Below, piece after piece: positions 62,801 to 64,000 of a stretch of 64,000 nt of DNA; within the stretch, counting starts at the first letter, position 1, and every line of letters begins with the position of its first letter. This DNA comes from Dimorphilus gyrociliatus (taxonomy: Eukaryota > Animalia > Annelida). A program made the position numbers and the translations under genes. The stretch spans positions 744,001 through 808,000 of the forward strand of contig CAJFCJ010000025.1 of assembly GCA_904063045.1 (NCBI GenBank), read 5' to 3'. The notes beneath the pieces were generated by a model. The model was not told the origin of the DNA, did not search any database, and worked only from the letters and a program-made list of their open reading frames with translations.

Positions 62801-64000
62801 TGTACAAATACCGCTGTTACATTCTGCATTTCCATTTCTTTCAACACTTATATAATTTCTATGAAGTTCATGCGACGCATCGCACATACCATGTAGGTTA
62901 AAGCTGGCCTTATATTCGATACTGTAGTCACCGCTATAAGGTGCATCTTTACAATCAATAGCGACATCTTAAAAAAAGAAGATAAATGAAAATATATTGT
63001 TTATTATATATTTAATGTTATTTACTTGAAAGACTAAAATAAAACTTTCTTCCATTTGTTGTTTGATACATATCTTTCACTTCGGAATGAGAAAAGTGTT
63101 TCTGAATTGTTTTAAGACCCAAAATATGAACAATATTTTCCACACAATTAGAACTGCTTCCTGATGAACCTGTATTTCCACAACAAACTGCTTCTGCTGG
63201 GCCAGACAGAGTCAATATGCTGTTAGACCTTTCATTTTCAGAATTGCTATTTAAATATATGTTTTCTTGTCCGTTTTGTATTGTTATCACCAAGTTATAT
63301 AGAATATCTTTGTCTATTGATTTATTCCATACAAGTCTTCCTTGGATTGACACAAACAATTGTAATGACGCCGAACTAAATGCGGCAATGGCAATGGACA
63401 GCAAATTAGATTGTTTAAATAAATTGATGTATGAGCCAGGATTAACTTTTTCTGCTTGAAACCATATATCAATTGTTATGTTGGTGGTTATTGGGCTAGC
63501 TTCGTCAAATCTTAATGCGCACGCTTGTGTGGCTACCTGTTGAGTTATGGATATAGAATTCCAGTGTTGATGTATGTCTTCTTTCGACAGAACATTAAAA
63601 TTGGTCGTGTCAACGTGTACTGTTTTTGTTTGACCATAGTTAGAAGTATAACTTCCCCCATTTATGTGAAATGAATGAGTAAAGTCAAAGAAATATCTCA
63701 TAAGTATATCATCTTGACCGAAGATAGAAGATTCTAAAAAAAATAAAAAAATACTGGATTTTATCAATTATCAAAGAGAATAAGAAGTAAAAATAAACAA
63801 TAAAATATCTATTACCTGTACAATCTGATGAATCGAAATTTTCCAAAACTCCATTCAAACATTTAAAAGTCTTTTCCCTCTCTAATTTGCCTTCCCACGT
63901 TCTGAACCAGTCTTCGCATGTATAATCAACCGTTTCACCATGCCTAAGAAAGCTTTTTTTACTAAGACGAATCTCTCTATCGCCATTAAGAAGGGGAGCT
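53866..64000 (-). CDS. Large type I membrane mosaic protein: sushi-LamG-(CASPR-type fibrinogen-like-EGF-sushi-CTL-sushi-sushi)x2-about 23 more sushi-TM-tail; 5'-partial
   Basis: Many exons with C..P....NG..Y.C..G.....C....W....P.C sushi repeats (about 30 counted by eye). LamG-like 63018-63735. Two CASPR-like fibrinogen domains (CYQEVKISC..CKCD..DYGNIVNKEKLPI; CTQDVDIEC..CQC..DSGYIIGKSRVPI), two EGF, two C-type lectin domains. TM segment YGSVAIAMMSVTFGGIVLVDIL in the last exon (54194-53866). The gene continues beyond base 64000. Confidence 0.9.

Noticed and set aside
53866-64000. Assigning SVEP1, CSMD or CR1 as gene symbol
   Set aside because: No vWA or CUB domains are visible, and the TM helix plus CASPR-type fibrinogen domains do not fit those architectures.
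1-64000. tRNA, rRNA, CRISPR arrays, intact transposase or reverse-transcriptase ORFs
   Set aside because: None recognised by eye. Small structured RNAs cannot be excluded without covariance-model searches (tRNAscan-SE, Infernal/Rfam).

Overview
AT-rich, gene-dense eukaryotic (animal) genomic DNA with many very short GT-AG introns (about 55-95 nt). Gene content and compactness suggest a miniaturised lophotrochozoan genome such as the annelid Dimorphilus gyrociliatus; this is an inference only. I reconstructed twelve protein-coding genes by hand splicing, in order: ABCC4/MRP4-like (+, 5'-partial), adducin (-), GIPC (+), SIN3 (-), secreted PAN + C-type lectin (-), miniaturised Asx/ASXL (-), ammonium transporter (-), orphan class A GPCR (-), pecanex-like 4 (-), divergent annexin (-), a protein of about 6-7 tandem divergent ubiquitin-like domains (+), and a very large LamG/fibrinogen-like/EGF/C-type lectin/~30 sushi type I membrane protein (-, 5'-partial). 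I recognised no tRNA, rRNA, CRISPR array or intact transposon. The most notable observations are: (1) the non-cleavable poly-UBL protein; (2) about 17 TATA-CAG/CTG-TATA motifs in non-coding TA runs that match Tc1/Sleeping-Beauty-type excision footprints, some forming perfect palindromes; (3) a duplicated, frame-enforced mutually exclusive exon pair in GIPC; (4) CTCF/YY1-like AGATGGCG motifs in most large non-coding intervals; (5) an ASXL with a collapsed PHD finger; (6) an annexin with degenerate Ca2+ sites and an in-frame non-canonical 'intron'; (7) an internally duplicated six-domain cassette in the sushi receptor. All counts and alignments were done by eye, with no database searches.
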